From: Methanothrix sp.
Lineage (GTDB): Archaea; Halobacteriota; Methanosarcinia; Methanotrichales; Methanotrichaceae
Assembly: GCA_040770465.1 (NCBI GenBank)
Contig: JAXGJB010000034.1
Span: 1-32,661 of the forward strand
DNA length: 32,661 nt
Direction: 5' to 3'
Of this stretch, positions 8,157-17,432 are shown in pieces (the first letter of the stretch is position 1; every line of letters starts with the position of its first letter). The notes beneath the pieces are model-generated. The model worked only from the letters and a program-made list of their open reading frames with translations, had not been told where the DNA came from and searched no databases. Made by a program: the position numbers and the translations under genes.

Positions 8157-11100
8157 TCACTCCAGGGGCCACTCGCCGACGGCCGAGTCGACCTCCTCCA
8201 TCAGCCGGATCGTCTCTTTGAGGGCGACGATCATCTTCTGGTAGGCGGTGAGGTCGTCGTAGGAGAGCTGCCTTCCCCGCCGATCTTTCAGCCACTTGTC
8301 GCAGACCTGATAGCCGCCGACCTGAAACTCCCAGACCTCGGGAGGTACGCCCTCGAAGTGCTGGCTTTTGTTGATGTAGACCCGCCCGGCCTCAAGAACC
8401 GCGCCGTCGCCAGCTTTCGATCCCGGCTCGACCTCCCCCGGCGCGAAATACTTTGGATACCCCTTCTCCACCCGATTGTCTCCGACGACGGGATAGCGGG
8501 TGATGGTCTTTGCCAGGAGCGGCGATTCGAGGAGGTGGAGCCCCACCAGCTCGCCGCCGAGCTTCACCAGCTTTCGGAACTTCTCACGATCCGACGTCAG
8601 AGGCACCCTTGGGAAGTCGATCTTCAGAAACTCGGCGTACCTCTCCCGATAGCTCGGCGAGTGGAAGACGGCGTAGATGTAGTCGAAGACGTCCTCCGGC
8701 CCGAAGGTCGCCTCCAGGTCTCCCCTTCCGTCGGGGACGAATTCGAGGCCGAGCTTTTCGGCGAAGTCGGCGACGAACTCGGGGCTGAGGTTCGGGACGC
8801 GACCATCTTTTCCCGGTGTCCAGTCGGTGCTGGTGAGGGATTTTTGGCGGGAGGAATTTTCGGCGGGGGTGGGGTAGAGGTAGAGTGGACGAAGCGTATC
8901 TATCGTCTTTAAGGATACTGCCACATGGTCTATAATTTCTCTGGACGCGATGACATGTTGCCAAGGTTGTTTAGTCTCAACTCTCCGTGGCAAAATAAGC
9001 CCTAAGTTCTCACCTACCAACATGTGGCGCATAACTCGCTGTTGTGGTTGCCCGATATATCCACGAGATTTGCCCGTGTAATATGTAAAACGCGTATCAA
9101 AAGGGCGATATAATATTGGTACAATATTATATCGATCAGGCCCACTCGTCTGAAGATCTTCTTGTGCACGATGTACTTTCCAGTCTCTTGCGTCTTGTCT
9201 CAAATCATATTTCCTTCTCGCGTCTTCTGTAGGAAGTGATGCAAAATCTTGTACAGTTCTCCAAACATCTTCTTGCGACCATCTTACGGTCAAACTATCT
9301 CTAGCAGTTACAATACCCACAGATTTTTCTAGGAATATATCGATGATCTTGGGTATATTTTGATATTCATCATCCAAACTGCCGTCTCGTGGTGTGAAAA
9401 AATAGAAGGGAGTTTGAGGGGTCGCCAGTTTCCATGTTGTGCTATCGATATCAATGTTAAATAGAGTTTCGTATTTCTTATCTCTTGTACCCCATAGCTC
9501 TGCATGATAAACTTTAGCTAGACCAGATTTTTCTAATTGTTTAACAAAAATTCCGATAGCTACGCCCTGCTGAATGTCGAAAACATTCTCATCTTTAGAG
9601 CCATCGGGAGCGCGCTCTTTCTTCTTTGCGTTCCCATGAAGATCCAAGATATAAATCTCGCTGAAAGCTTCCATCAACTGTTGGCGCATACCTCTAAAGG
9701 TTGGATTATCCAAGTAGCCGTGATTCGTAATGAATCCGATTACACCGGCGCCCGTCTCCTGAATACGCCATTGTGCCCAGCGAACGAACTTAACATAGTC
9801 ATCATGTAGCCATTTTTGCTGAATTTCTTGCAGACGTTTGCCATCCGCCATCTGATAGCTTGAGATAAGTTCTCTGACCCATTTTCCTTTATTTGCCGAA
9901 TGACCGGAGTAAGGCGGATTTCCCAGCACCACCATAATCGGCTTGTCTCGCTTCACAACCGAGGCCGACTGGGCTTCTTGGCCGATCGCCTCGTACCCCC
10001 AGAGGTTCTTCCAGGGGTTCTCGGCCTCTTCGAGGGTGTTGGTGAGGTAGACCCCGAGCCTCTCGTCGCTTTTGAAGTCGTAGACCCAAGTATCTCTCTC
10101 GGCCTCGGGGAGGTCCTGGCCCGCCAGCTCCATCCCCAGCTTGAAGTGGGCGACGGCGTAAGGCGCCATCAGAAGCTCAAAGCCGAAGATCCTGGGGAGG
10201 AGGTGGTCTCTCACGTAGGCCGACCAGAACCCGGCGTTCCCGTGTTCCATGAAATCCCGCCGGATGTGGTCGATGACCGCGTAGAGGAAGGTCCCGGTCC
10301 CGCAGGCGGGGTCGAGGATCAGGACTTTGGGGCTCGTCTTCTTCTTCCTCTCGGGAAGCTTTGATGGGTCCGGTCTCCCGTAACGGTCCAGAACCGGCGC
10401 CTCCTCCTCGTACTCGACGACCGAGGAGTCCATAAGCCCTCCGCCGAGGCCGAAGTGAGTCTTGAGGATCGAGTCGACGGACCGGACGATGTAAGAGACG
10501 ACAGGCTCGGGGGTGTAATAGACGCCCCGCCTCTCCCGGAGGGCGGGGTCGTAGGCGGCGAGGAAGGTCTCGTAGAAGTGGACGACGGGATCCTCCTGCT
10601 TCGTCCTCTTCCCGAAGTCTGCGAGGACTGAGTCGAGGTCGGTGTGGTCGAGGATACCGACGACGTCGTCGACGTAGCCGACGTAAGGCTCGTCGTCGAG
10701 GGCGGTCCCGGTGATCGTCTCGAAGAGCTGGCGGAGGAAGGGGTTCGTCCTCGGGATCTCCCGCGCCGCCCCGAGGCGGCGGAAGGGCTCGGGGCCGGCG
10801 TGGTTACACCTGGCGGCGAAGAGGCCGTAGACGATCGTCTGAGAGTACATGTCCGCGAACTCGGCGGTCTTCTCCGGCAGGTCCAGGTCGGGGATCAGAA
10901 CCTCGGCGAAGGCCCGCCGGAGGTTGCCGAGGTGGTCTGAGGCCAGCTCCTCCTCGAAGGCCCTGACCACAGCGTCCCGGATCAGGTGGGCGAGCCTCGC
11001 CAGCCGCTCGGATAATTCCCGCGAGGAGGTGATGGGGGCAGGGGTCTGGTCGAGGAAATTCTCGAATAGCCGGGCGAGATCCGCCTCGCCCTTCTTCTCC

Positions 11101-11486
11101 GAGACGATCTTGCCGTCCCTCGTGAGCCGCGCCAGGCGGGCGCTCTCCCGAAGCTCGCCCCGGCGGTACCAGCGAAACTCCAGGTAGTCGGTGAGGACCA
11201 GGTTCTCCAGGGATCGCAGGTAGCGATCCAGCTGCTCGGACCTCTCGGCCTCGTCCAGGGACTTTCCGACATCCTTCGCCTCGATGTACCCGACCGATAG
11301 GTCGCTCCGCTTGACGACGTAGTCGGGGGCTCCGCAGTCGACGTGCTTCGGCTCGTTGATGGCGGTGATGTCGGGGGCGAAGGACTCCACCAGACCCTTC
11401 AGCGCCGCCCGGTGGGTATGCTCGGTCGCCTCTCCGGTCCCAAACTCCCGCTTGACCAGTGCCAGGTACGTCTTCAGGTCGCCCAT
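8157..11486 (-). CDS. Single-chain restriction-modification enzyme (Type IIG / Type ISP-like N6-adenine methyltransferase with N-terminal PD-(D/E)xK nuclease, no helicase)
   Basis: N-terminal APDY...YIEAKD; RGVYYTP; motif I LDPACGTGTF; motif IV GNPPY; C-terminal YRPFD, YIYAVFHSPSYRERY, IDFPRVP and GGYQVCDKWLKDR typical of the Type ISP C-terminal specificity region. Confidence 0.88.
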   Translation of the reverse strand: MGDLKTYLALVKREFGTGEATEHTHRAALKGLVESFAPDITAINEPKHVDCGAPDYVVKRSDLSVGYIEAKDVGKSLDEAERSEQLDRYLRSLENLVLTDYLEFRWYRRGELRESARLARLTRDGKIVSEKKGEADLARLFENFLDQTPAPITSSRELSERLARLAHLIRDAVVRAFEEELASDHLGNLRRAFAEVLIPDLDLPEKTAEFADMYSQTIVYGLFAARCNHAGPEPFRRLGAAREIPRTNPFLRQLFETITGTALDDEPYVGYVDDVVGILDHTDLDSVLADFGKRTKQEDPVVHFYETFLAAYDPALRERRGVYYTPEPVVSYIVRSVDSILKTHFGLGGGLMDSSVVEYEEEAPVLDRYGRPDPSKLPERKKKTSPKVLILDPACGTGTFLYAVIDHIRRDFMEHGNAGFWSAYVRDHLLPRIFGFELLMAPYAVAHFKLGMELAGQDLPEAERDTWVYDFKSDERLGVYLTNTLEEAENPWKNLWGYEAIGQEAQSASVVKRDKPIMVVLGNPPYSGHSANKGKWVRELISSYQMADGKRLQEIQQKWLHDDYVKFVRWAQWRIQETGAGVIGFITNHGYLDNPTFRGMRQQLMEAFSEIYILDLHGNAKKKERAPDGSKDENVFDIQQGVAIGIFVKQLEKSGLAKVYHAELWGTRDKKYETLFNIDIDSTTWKLATPQTPFYFFTPRDGSLDDEYQNIPKIIDIFLEKSVGIVTARDSLTVRWSQEDVWRTVQDFASLPTEDARRKYDLRQDARDWKVHRAQEDLQTSGPDRYNIVPILYRPFDTRFTYYTGKSRGYIGQPQQRVMRHMLVGENLGLILPRRVETKQPWQHVIASREIIDHVAVSLKTIDTLRPLYLYPTPAENSSRQKSLTSTDWTPGKDGRVPNLSPEFVADFAEKLGLEFVPDGRGDLEATFGPEDVFDYIYAVFHSPSYRERYAEFLKIDFPRVPLTSDREKFRKLVKLGGELVGLHLLESPLLAKTITRYPVVGDNRVEKGYPKYFAPGEVEPGSKAGDGAVLEAGRVYINKSQHFEGVPPEVWEFQVGGYQVCDKWLKDRRGRQLSYDDLTAYQKMIVALKETIRLMEEVDSAVGEWPLE

Positions 11487-11620
11487 GTATTCATCGCCGC
11501 CGGACTTCGCCCCAAATCAAAAATCATAAAATCCGACGAGATATAAGTGGCTTTGCTCGCCTCCCCGAATGCACCATTTCAGGATAATTATATACCTCTT
11601 AAGAGCCAAAGTTGGAGCTG

Positions 11621-11824
11621 ATGTAGAGCATAGAAGAGCTGATGGAAAAGCTCCCCCCAGACCTCCAACAGGAGGTGAGGGATTTCGCCCGGTTCCTGGT
11701 GGAGAAGAAGGCGAAGCCGAAACGGAGAAAGCTCCGTCTTATCTGGGCGGGGGCTCAGAGAGTTCCCGATCAGTATTCATCACTCGACATTCAAAAGAAA
11801 TCCCTCGAATGCTGGGGCGACTGA
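11621..11824 (+). pseudogene. DUF2281-like putative antitoxin, apparently degraded
   Basis: LPPDLQQEVRDFARFL...KLRLIWAGA...SLDIQKKSLECWGD resembles DUF2281 proteins. The ATG at 11621, after a GGAG motif, is followed at once by an in-frame TAG; a second ATG at 11642 would give 60 aa. Confidence 0.65.
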
Positions 11825-11867
11825 CCCAACCCATCCAGACCTCGCTTTTGACGATTTAGTCCTCTCT

Positions 11868-11901
11868 TCAATCCCCAGACCTCGATCCAGCCTCGACACC
11901 C
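11868..11901 (-). repeat. Second diverged copy of the radical SAM gene 3' end
   Basis: 29/35 aligned positions identical to 13788-13822 (1 gap, 5 mismatches); reads ...LDRGLG-AT-TGA on the minus strand. Confidence 0.7.
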
Positions 11902-12241
11902 CCAACCCGAGGCCGACGGGATCCATCCCAGACCTGGGGAGGGACGCCCTCGGAGGTCTGAGTTTCTGCTCAGGCTACATTTTAGCTTTATTGATGTATA
12001 TATCAATTGAATAAGTCATATATTTCAGCTTATAATATCATTAAACTAAAACATATTAATTTAAAAATATTATATATGGCAGATTTACAGAATGCCAAGG
12101 ATCAGTCGCAATATAAAAAATTTTTTTATTTATACTATAATTTATAGGTTATATTTAGGATTTTTAGATATTTTCCGCCCATAATCTATAAATATGAATA
12201 ATATCAAAATGGAAGTTTACCGTCAACGGAGGCGTAGGTTT

Positions 12242-13726
12242 ATGGCATTAATGGACCAGATATTTCAAGCGTTTGGACCCTTTGGTCCAAATCTCGTTGG
12301 AGCGGTCGTCGTTCTGATAGCGGGATGGCTCATCGCTCTGATCGTCTCCCGCATAGTCGGGAAGGCGCTCCAGAAGACCGGCCTGGATAAAAAGATAGCA
12401 GCTAAAGTTCTCGGAGATGAAAAGGCCCAGTCGATCGAACCGCACCGCTGGATCTCGAAGATAATCTACTATGTGCTCTTATTCTTCGTATTGATCGCCT
12501 TCTTCCAGATCCTGGGGCTGACACTGGTAGCCCAGCCGCTGAACCAGCTCTTGAACATCGTCTTCGCATACATACCCAAGCTCTTTGCTGCCCTGGTGCT
12601 GGCGATAGTGGCATGGGTCGTTGCTACGGTGCTGAAGAAGCTGGTCCTCCGGGTCCTCACGGCCGCAAAGGTCGACCAGAGCCTGGGCGCCAGAGCGGGC
12701 CTGGAGAAGGCGGAGATGCCCTTGAGCCAGACGGCGGCGGAGATCGTCTTCTTCCTGGTGCTCCTGCTGTTTTTGCCCCTGATCCTGAACGCTCTTGATC
12801 TGGCTGGACTTCTGGTGCCCCTGGAGCTCATGATCGGCAAGATCCTCGGGTATATACCCCACCTCTTTGCCGCCGCGATCATCCTCCTCATCGGATGGTT
12901 CATAGCCAGAATTATTCAAAAGATAGTTACAAGCCTCCTCCTCGCCGTGGGGACCGAGCGGCTCAGCGAAAGGATCGGCCTGTCCAGGGTCCTCGGCAAG
13001 GTGGGCCTATCAGGTCTGATCGGCCTGGTGGTGTACATCCTCATCCTCATCCCGGTCCTGATCGCCGCCCTCGATGCCCTGGCCATAGACGCCATCACCG
13101 TCCCCGTCTCCAACATGCTGAACCAGATTCTGGGGATACTGCCGGCCTTATTCGGGGCGGCTCTGGTCCTGGCCGTCGCATATGTCCTGGGGAGGGTGAT
13201 CGCCGAGCTGGTGGTCAAGCTCCTGGAGGGGATGGGATTCGACTCCATGCCCAAGTGGTTGGGGTGCTCCTGGGAGCCTGCTGAAGGGGCAAAGACGCCC
13301 TCGCAGATCGTGGGCTACTTCGTCCTGGCATCGATAATGCTCTTCGCCCTGATCGAGGCCTCCCAGATCCTCAAGTTCGCGCTCCTGGCCGAGATCATCT
13401 ACGAGTTCACCGTCTTCGCCGGCCACGTCATGATGGGGCTGATCATCTTCGCCATCGGGGTCTATCTCGCAAACCTCGCCTACAAGGCGGTGATTGGGAG
13501 CGGCATGACCTCGGCAAAGCTGGCCGCCAACGCCGCAAGATTGTCGATCCTGGTCTTCGCCGGCGCCATGGCCCTGAGGCAGATGGGGCTCGCCAACGAG
13601 ATCATCAACCTGGCCTTCGGCCTGTTGCTGGGAGCGATAGCTGTGGCCGTAGCCTTGGCCTTCGGCCTCGGCGGAAGGGAGATCGCCGCAGAAGAGATCA
13701 GGAAGTGGTTGGAGTCGATGAGGTAG
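12242..13726 (+). CDS. Conserved TM-helix repeat protein (CmpX / mechanosensitive-channel-associated family)
   Basis: Four repeats of P-x-L-x-x-A-x-x-x-L-x-x-G/A-W/Y (PNLVGAVVVLIAGW, PKLFAALVLAIVAW, PHLFAAAIILLIGW, PALFGAALVLAVAY); C-terminal ALAFGLGGRE. GGAGG precedes ATG 12242. Confidence 0.85.
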   Translation: MALMDQIFQAFGPFGPNLVGAVVVLIAGWLIALIVSRIVGKALQKTGLDKKIAAKVLGDEKAQSIEPHRWISKIIYYVLLFFVLIAFFQILGLTLVAQPLNQLLNIVFAYIPKLFAALVLAIVAWVVATVLKKLVLRVLTAAKVDQSLGARAGLEKAEMPLSQTAAEIVFFLVLLLFLPLILNALDLAGLLVPLELMIGKILGYIPHLFAAAIILLIGWFIARIIQKIVTSLLLAVGTERLSERIGLSRVLGKVGLSGLIGLVVYILILIPVLIAALDALAIDAITVPVSNMLNQILGILPALFGAALVLAVAYVLGRVIAELVVKLLEGMGFDSMPKWLGCSWEPAEGAKTPSQIVGYFVLASIMLFALIEASQILKFALLAEIIYEFTVFAGHVMMGLIIFAIGVYLANLAYKAVIGSGMTSAKLAANAARLSILVFAGAMALRQMGLANEIINLAFGLLLGAIAVAVALAFGLGGREIAAEEIRKWLESMR

Positions 13727-13740
13727 TCGGACTCCACCAA

Positions 13741-13770
13741 ATCATTTTCTTTTATTATTTATTTTGCCAT
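13741..13770 (+). terminator. T-rich putative archaeal terminator
   Basis: ATTTTCTTTTTATTATTTATTTTG directly after the stop at 13726, between convergent genes. Confidence 0.45.
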
Positions 13771-13787
13771 CATGAGGGTTTTTTATG

Positions 13788-14690
13788 TCAGATCCCCAGC
13801 CCTCGGTCCAGCCCCGCCGCCCGCGCGAGGTTGACAGCCTCGGCGTACTCCCGAAGGGTGATGGGCCTTGAGAGTTCCGGATAATTTCGGGCCTTGTAGC
13901 ATGGGCGGTACTGGGCCATGACGTTCAGGTACGTCTCCGGCGAGACCTCCTCAGCGAGGAACCGCATCACCTCAGCCGTCCCCGCCAGCCCCTCGGGGAG
14001 GACAAGGTGGCGGACGAGAAGCCCCCGGACGGCGACCCCTCCATCGTCGATCTCAAGAGGCCCCACCTGCCGGTGCATCTCTCGGATCGCAGCCTTCATC
14101 ACCCTCGTGTAGTCGGGGGCGTCCGAGTACTTCATCGCTGCATCGTCGCTCCCGTACTTGGCGTCGGGCATGTAGATATCGCAGATCCCGTCCAAGAGCC
14201 GGAGGGTCTCGACGGAGTCGTACCCGCCGGAGTTGTAGACCAGGGGGACTGAGAGGCCCATCTCCGCCGCCTCGACGAGAGCCTCCAGGATCTGGGGCGC
14301 GAAGTGGGTGGGGGTGACGAAGTTGATGTTGTGGCAGCCGGCGTCCTCCTGGAGGCTGATCATCATCTCGGCGAGCTTCGCGGGTCTGACCTCCTTTCCC
14401 TCGCCTAGCTGGCTGATCTCGTAGTTCTGGCAGAAGACGCAGGCGAGGTTACAGCCGGTCATGAAGATGGTCCCCGATCCGTGGGCGCCCACCAGGGGCG
14501 GCTCCTCGCCGAAGTGGGGGGTGAAGCTCGAAACCCGAGCGAGCCAGCCGCTCCGGCAGTATCCCTCCTCGCCAGCCAGTCTATTGACGCCGCAAGCTCG
14601 GGGGCATAAGTCGCAGCTTTCAAGCCTGTCGAGGGCGATCTCAGCCCTCTCCCGCAGCGTCTCCGGGGGCATCTGGTTGTAGCTCGCCAA
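13788..14690 (-). CDS. Radical SAM protein, PflX-like
   Basis: CNLACVFC (CxxxCxxC), N-terminal CDLCPRACGVNR, PHFGEEP, GCHNINFVTPTH, DIYMPDAKY, GLLVRHLVLP, MAQYRP. TTG start with a GAGGTGA SD motif. Confidence 0.9.
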   Translation of the reverse strand: MASYNQMPPETLRERAEIALDRLESCDLCPRACGVNRLAGEEGYCRSGWLARVSSFTPHFGEEPPLVGAHGSGTIFMTGCNLACVFCQNYEISQLGEGKEVRPAKLAEMMISLQEDAGCHNINFVTPTHFAPQILEALVEAAEMGLSVPLVYNSGGYDSVETLRLLDGICDIYMPDAKYGSDDAAMKYSDAPDYTRVMKAAIREMHRQVGPLEIDDGGVAVRGLLVRHLVLPEGLAGTAEVMRFLAEEVSPETYLNVMAQYRPCYKARNYPELSRPITLREYAEAVNLARAAGLDRGLGI

Positions 14691-14869
14691 GGGACATCAC
14701 CTCAAAAATGGGATCGTGAAACTACTTCATCTCTGATGGTAAATACTTTTGGCGGTGGCCCTTCGTCGGCTCCAAAGATCTCGACCCTGATGTTGAATCC
14801 GAGAGAGACAGGCACCGCCCTCCGACCGAAACCTAAGACGACTGAAAAGAGGGGAACAAGGTATAGGGA

Positions 14870-16129
14870 TCAGATCCCCATCCCCTCTTTCATCAGATAA
14901 AATATCTCGGTGTTGTCGATCCGTCCTCTGCTGAACTTCTCGGCTCCGGGGCCGCTGGCCATGAGGGGGACGTCGACGGCCGTATGAGTCGACATCCCCG
15001 TCGGCGTGAGGTTATATCCCTCTCCGGGAACGAAGGCGAGGCCGCTGGCGAAGACGGGATCTCCCGCGGAATAGTCGTCGAAATCCACGGACCCGAGGAC
15101 CAGCCCGCCCGCCTCATGGTCCGCGGTCACCACCACCAAGGTGTCGCCGGACCGGTCGGCGTAGTCGAGGGCCACCTTCACCGCCTCGTCGAAGGCCAGG
15201 GTCTCTGCGGTGGTGTTCTCGTAGGACCTTATGTGGCAGGCGTGGTCGATCGTCCCGCCCTCCACCATGAGGAAGAAGCCGTCGTCGTCCCGAGAGAGGA
15301 CCTCGATGGCCTTCTCGGTCATCTCCGAGAGGCTGGGCTGGGGATCTATCTCGTTTTTCCTCCTCTGCTCGAAATAGAGATGAGAGGTGCCGAATAGCCC
15401 CAGAAGCTTCTCCGTCTCTTCAGGATCGATCTCCATAAGCTCGGTCCGGTTGTAGACGAAGACGTACCCGAGATCCTGGGCCTCTCGCAGTAGGTTCTGG
15501 TCGTCGTCCCGAGAGCCCGCCCCTCCGAGGGGGTCGGTCTCGTTCATGCCGACGAAGTAGCTGAGGCCGCCGCCCAGGGCTACATCGGCGCCGCTGGCCA
15601 GAAGCTGCTCTGCGATGCGGTTCTCATTGTCCCTGTGGTTGACGTGAGCGTAGAACGATGCGGGGGTGGCGTGGGTTATCCTCATGTTGGTGACGATCCC
15701 CGTCGCCTTCCCGTCGGCCTCGGCCAGCTCCAGGATGGTGGTGAGGTTCTCGCCATCCTGCACCCCGAAGATGGCGGTTTCATCCTGGCCGATTATCCCG
15801 TTGTTCGTCTTGTGGCCGGTGGCAAGGACGGTCCCGGCGGCAGCAGAGTCGGTTACAAAGCTGTCGGCAGAGGTGGTGGAGGAGTATCCCGCATACTCCA
15901 TCCCGTCCATGTAAAGCTCCGCGTCCATGTAGTTGGAGAGGTTCTCGTCCGCCTTAGCCCACCGGGCAGCGGTCATCTGCGCGAATCCCATCCCATCTCC
16001 TATCAGAAGGATCACGCTTCTGGCCTCATCTGGCGCTGAACCGTTTTCGGTCTCCGAGGCGATCCCGTACAGAGAGAACGAAACTAAGAGAAGGATCAAG
16101 ACTCCGGCGACCTTATGCAGCCTATCCAT
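14870..16129 (-). CDS. phoA: Alkaline phosphatase (PhoA family), secreted
   Basis: Signal peptide; IGDGMG, DSAAAGT (catalytic Ser), THATPA, EGGTIDHACH, TADHE, HT. GAGGTG precedes ATG 16129. Confidence 0.92.
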   Translation of the reverse strand: MDRLHKVAGVLILLLVSFSLYGIASETENGSAPDEARSVILLIGDGMGFAQMTAARWAKADENLSNYMDAELYMDGMEYAGYSSTTSADSFVTDSAAAGTVLATGHKTNNGIIGQDETAIFGVQDGENLTTILELAEADGKATGIVTNMRITHATPASFYAHVNHRDNENRIAEQLLASGADVALGGGLSYFVGMNETDPLGGAGSRDDDQNLLREAQDLGYVFVYNRTELMEIDPEETEKLLGLFGTSHLYFEQRRKNEIDPQPSLSEMTEKAIEVLSRDDDGFFLMVEGGTIDHACHIRSYENTTAETLAFDEAVKVALDYADRSGDTLVVVTADHEAGGLVLGSVDFDDYSAGDPVFASGLAFVPGEGYNLTPTGMSTHTAVDVPLMASGPGAEKFSRGRIDNTEIFYLMKEGMGI

Positions 16130-16474
16130 ATTTTTCACCTCAATGTATTTAGTGAATAGTTAGTTAATCATGGGTTAAAATACTTTGTATTGGTTGCTGA
16201 AGGTCGCATGGGGAGGTGCCCAAGATGCAGGAGGCCAATCAGGTCCGATACTCGTCGAAATTGGAAGTGAGACTCGATGCTAGCGATACGACCTCTTCTT
16301 CAGCATCATAATTTCACTCCGACCTGCTAGTCTCGAAACTTCAGGGATATAAGGCAGCAGCTCGCTCGGGAAACCCCATCAAAGGCGGTATACAAGAATG
16401 ATTAGAAATTCTGATCCGTCATATGTGATAACTCAGAACACTTGTACCACAGTAATCCAGATCGAGAGATGATC

Positions 16475-17227
16475 ATGAAGATGAGACCGCTTAAAAGAGA
16501 GGAGTTCGAAGGCCTCTTCGAAGAGAAGATCCTGGAGAGAGGACGAAGGTACTTCGAAGAGGGTCGGGTGGACGACCCCATCATCGTCGACGGCGTCGTC
16601 CTGGCGAAGGTTCACGGCACCGCCACCTACAGCATCGAGGTCGACCCTGAAAGGATGATCTTTCGCTGCACCTGCCCCTACTTCGACAGCTACGACAACT
16701 GCAAACACCAGGCGGCCCTCCTCTATCGGCTCGCCGAAGATCCCGAGGTTGAGTCCCTCGACGAGACGTTCAGAATCCTCGAAAAGAAGTCCAAGAAGGG
16801 ACTCGTCGCCCTTCTGAAGAGCATCATGCGAGCCGAGCCGAAGTTCAGATCCCTCCTGACCGGAGACCTCGGGGATCTCAATAGAGAGGTTCTAGGGCTG
16901 AAAGACGGGTTCCTCGATACAGACCCCGACCTGTTCGTGGAGAAGGTAGCCTCCATGAGACGGCTGATCATGCTCTTCAAAAAGCCGGAATCCCTGAAGC
17001 TCCTGAAGGACCTCTTCGTCGAGCTATACCACATGTACTATGACTTCGGGGGCGTCGAGTTTCTGGAAGACGAGATGTGCCTGATTCTGGAGACGATAGC
17101 GCCCGAGCTGGAGGAGATGGACGAGGGGACTCGCGATGAAGTTATGAGAGAGATCCGGGCGATTTACGGAAAGGACGATTCGGTCCTGAAGAGCTTCATG
17201 TACGAGCCGGTGGAGGAGTATCTGTAG
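16475..17227 (+). CDS. SWIM zinc-finger domain protein
   Basis: ILERGRRYF...AKVHGTATY...CTCP-x6-CKH SWIM signature. Start could be 16469, 16475 or 16481. Confidence 0.85.
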   Translation: MKMRPLKREEFEGLFEEKILERGRRYFEEGRVDDPIIVDGVVLAKVHGTATYSIEVDPERMIFRCTCPYFDSYDNCKHQAALLYRLAEDPEVESLDETFRILEKKSKKGLVALLKSIMRAEPKFRSLLTGDLGDLNREVLGLKDGFLDTDPDLFVEKVASMRRLIMLFKKPESLKLLKDLFVELYHMYYDFGGVEFLEDEMCLILETIAPELEEMDEGTRDEVMREIRAIYGKDDSVLKSFMYEPVEEYL

Positions 17228-17376
17228 CTGAAGAGAGCTAAAGGAGGGCTGTCGATCTGATGCCCTTGTGGGCTGGCCGCTCCTGAATCACCCCTGCTAT
17301 CCTTATGCTGGAGCACAATCCACAATTTTATGCAATTGTGACGTTGAAACGGATTGTAACAAGGATAATAAAATCG

Positions 17377-17405
17377 GAGGAGGGCATCACCGTGATGCCC
17401 TCTTC
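17377..17405. terminator. Strong inverted repeat between convergent genes (putative terminator)
   Basis: GAGGAGGGCATCAC-C-GTGATGCCCTCTTC: 14-nt arms with one G-T pair. Confidence 0.5.
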
Positions 17406-17432
17406 GTCTGGCCCAATTGTCCAGATATCCTC

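Noticed and set aside
11624-11626. Pyrrolysine read-through of the TAG in DUF2281
   Set aside because: Other signs of decay are present, there is no pyl context in the window, and a nonsense mutation is simpler.
11828-11960. CRISPR mini-array
   Set aside because: Repeats are only 8-10 nt with irregular spacing, and there are no cas genes.
14870-14880. Alkaline phosphatase end shares TCAGATCCCCA with the radical SAM gene end
   Set aside because: Only 11 nt, explained by both proteins ending Gly-Ile-stop with preferred codons; it lies upstream of the radical SAM gene, not in the repeat series.
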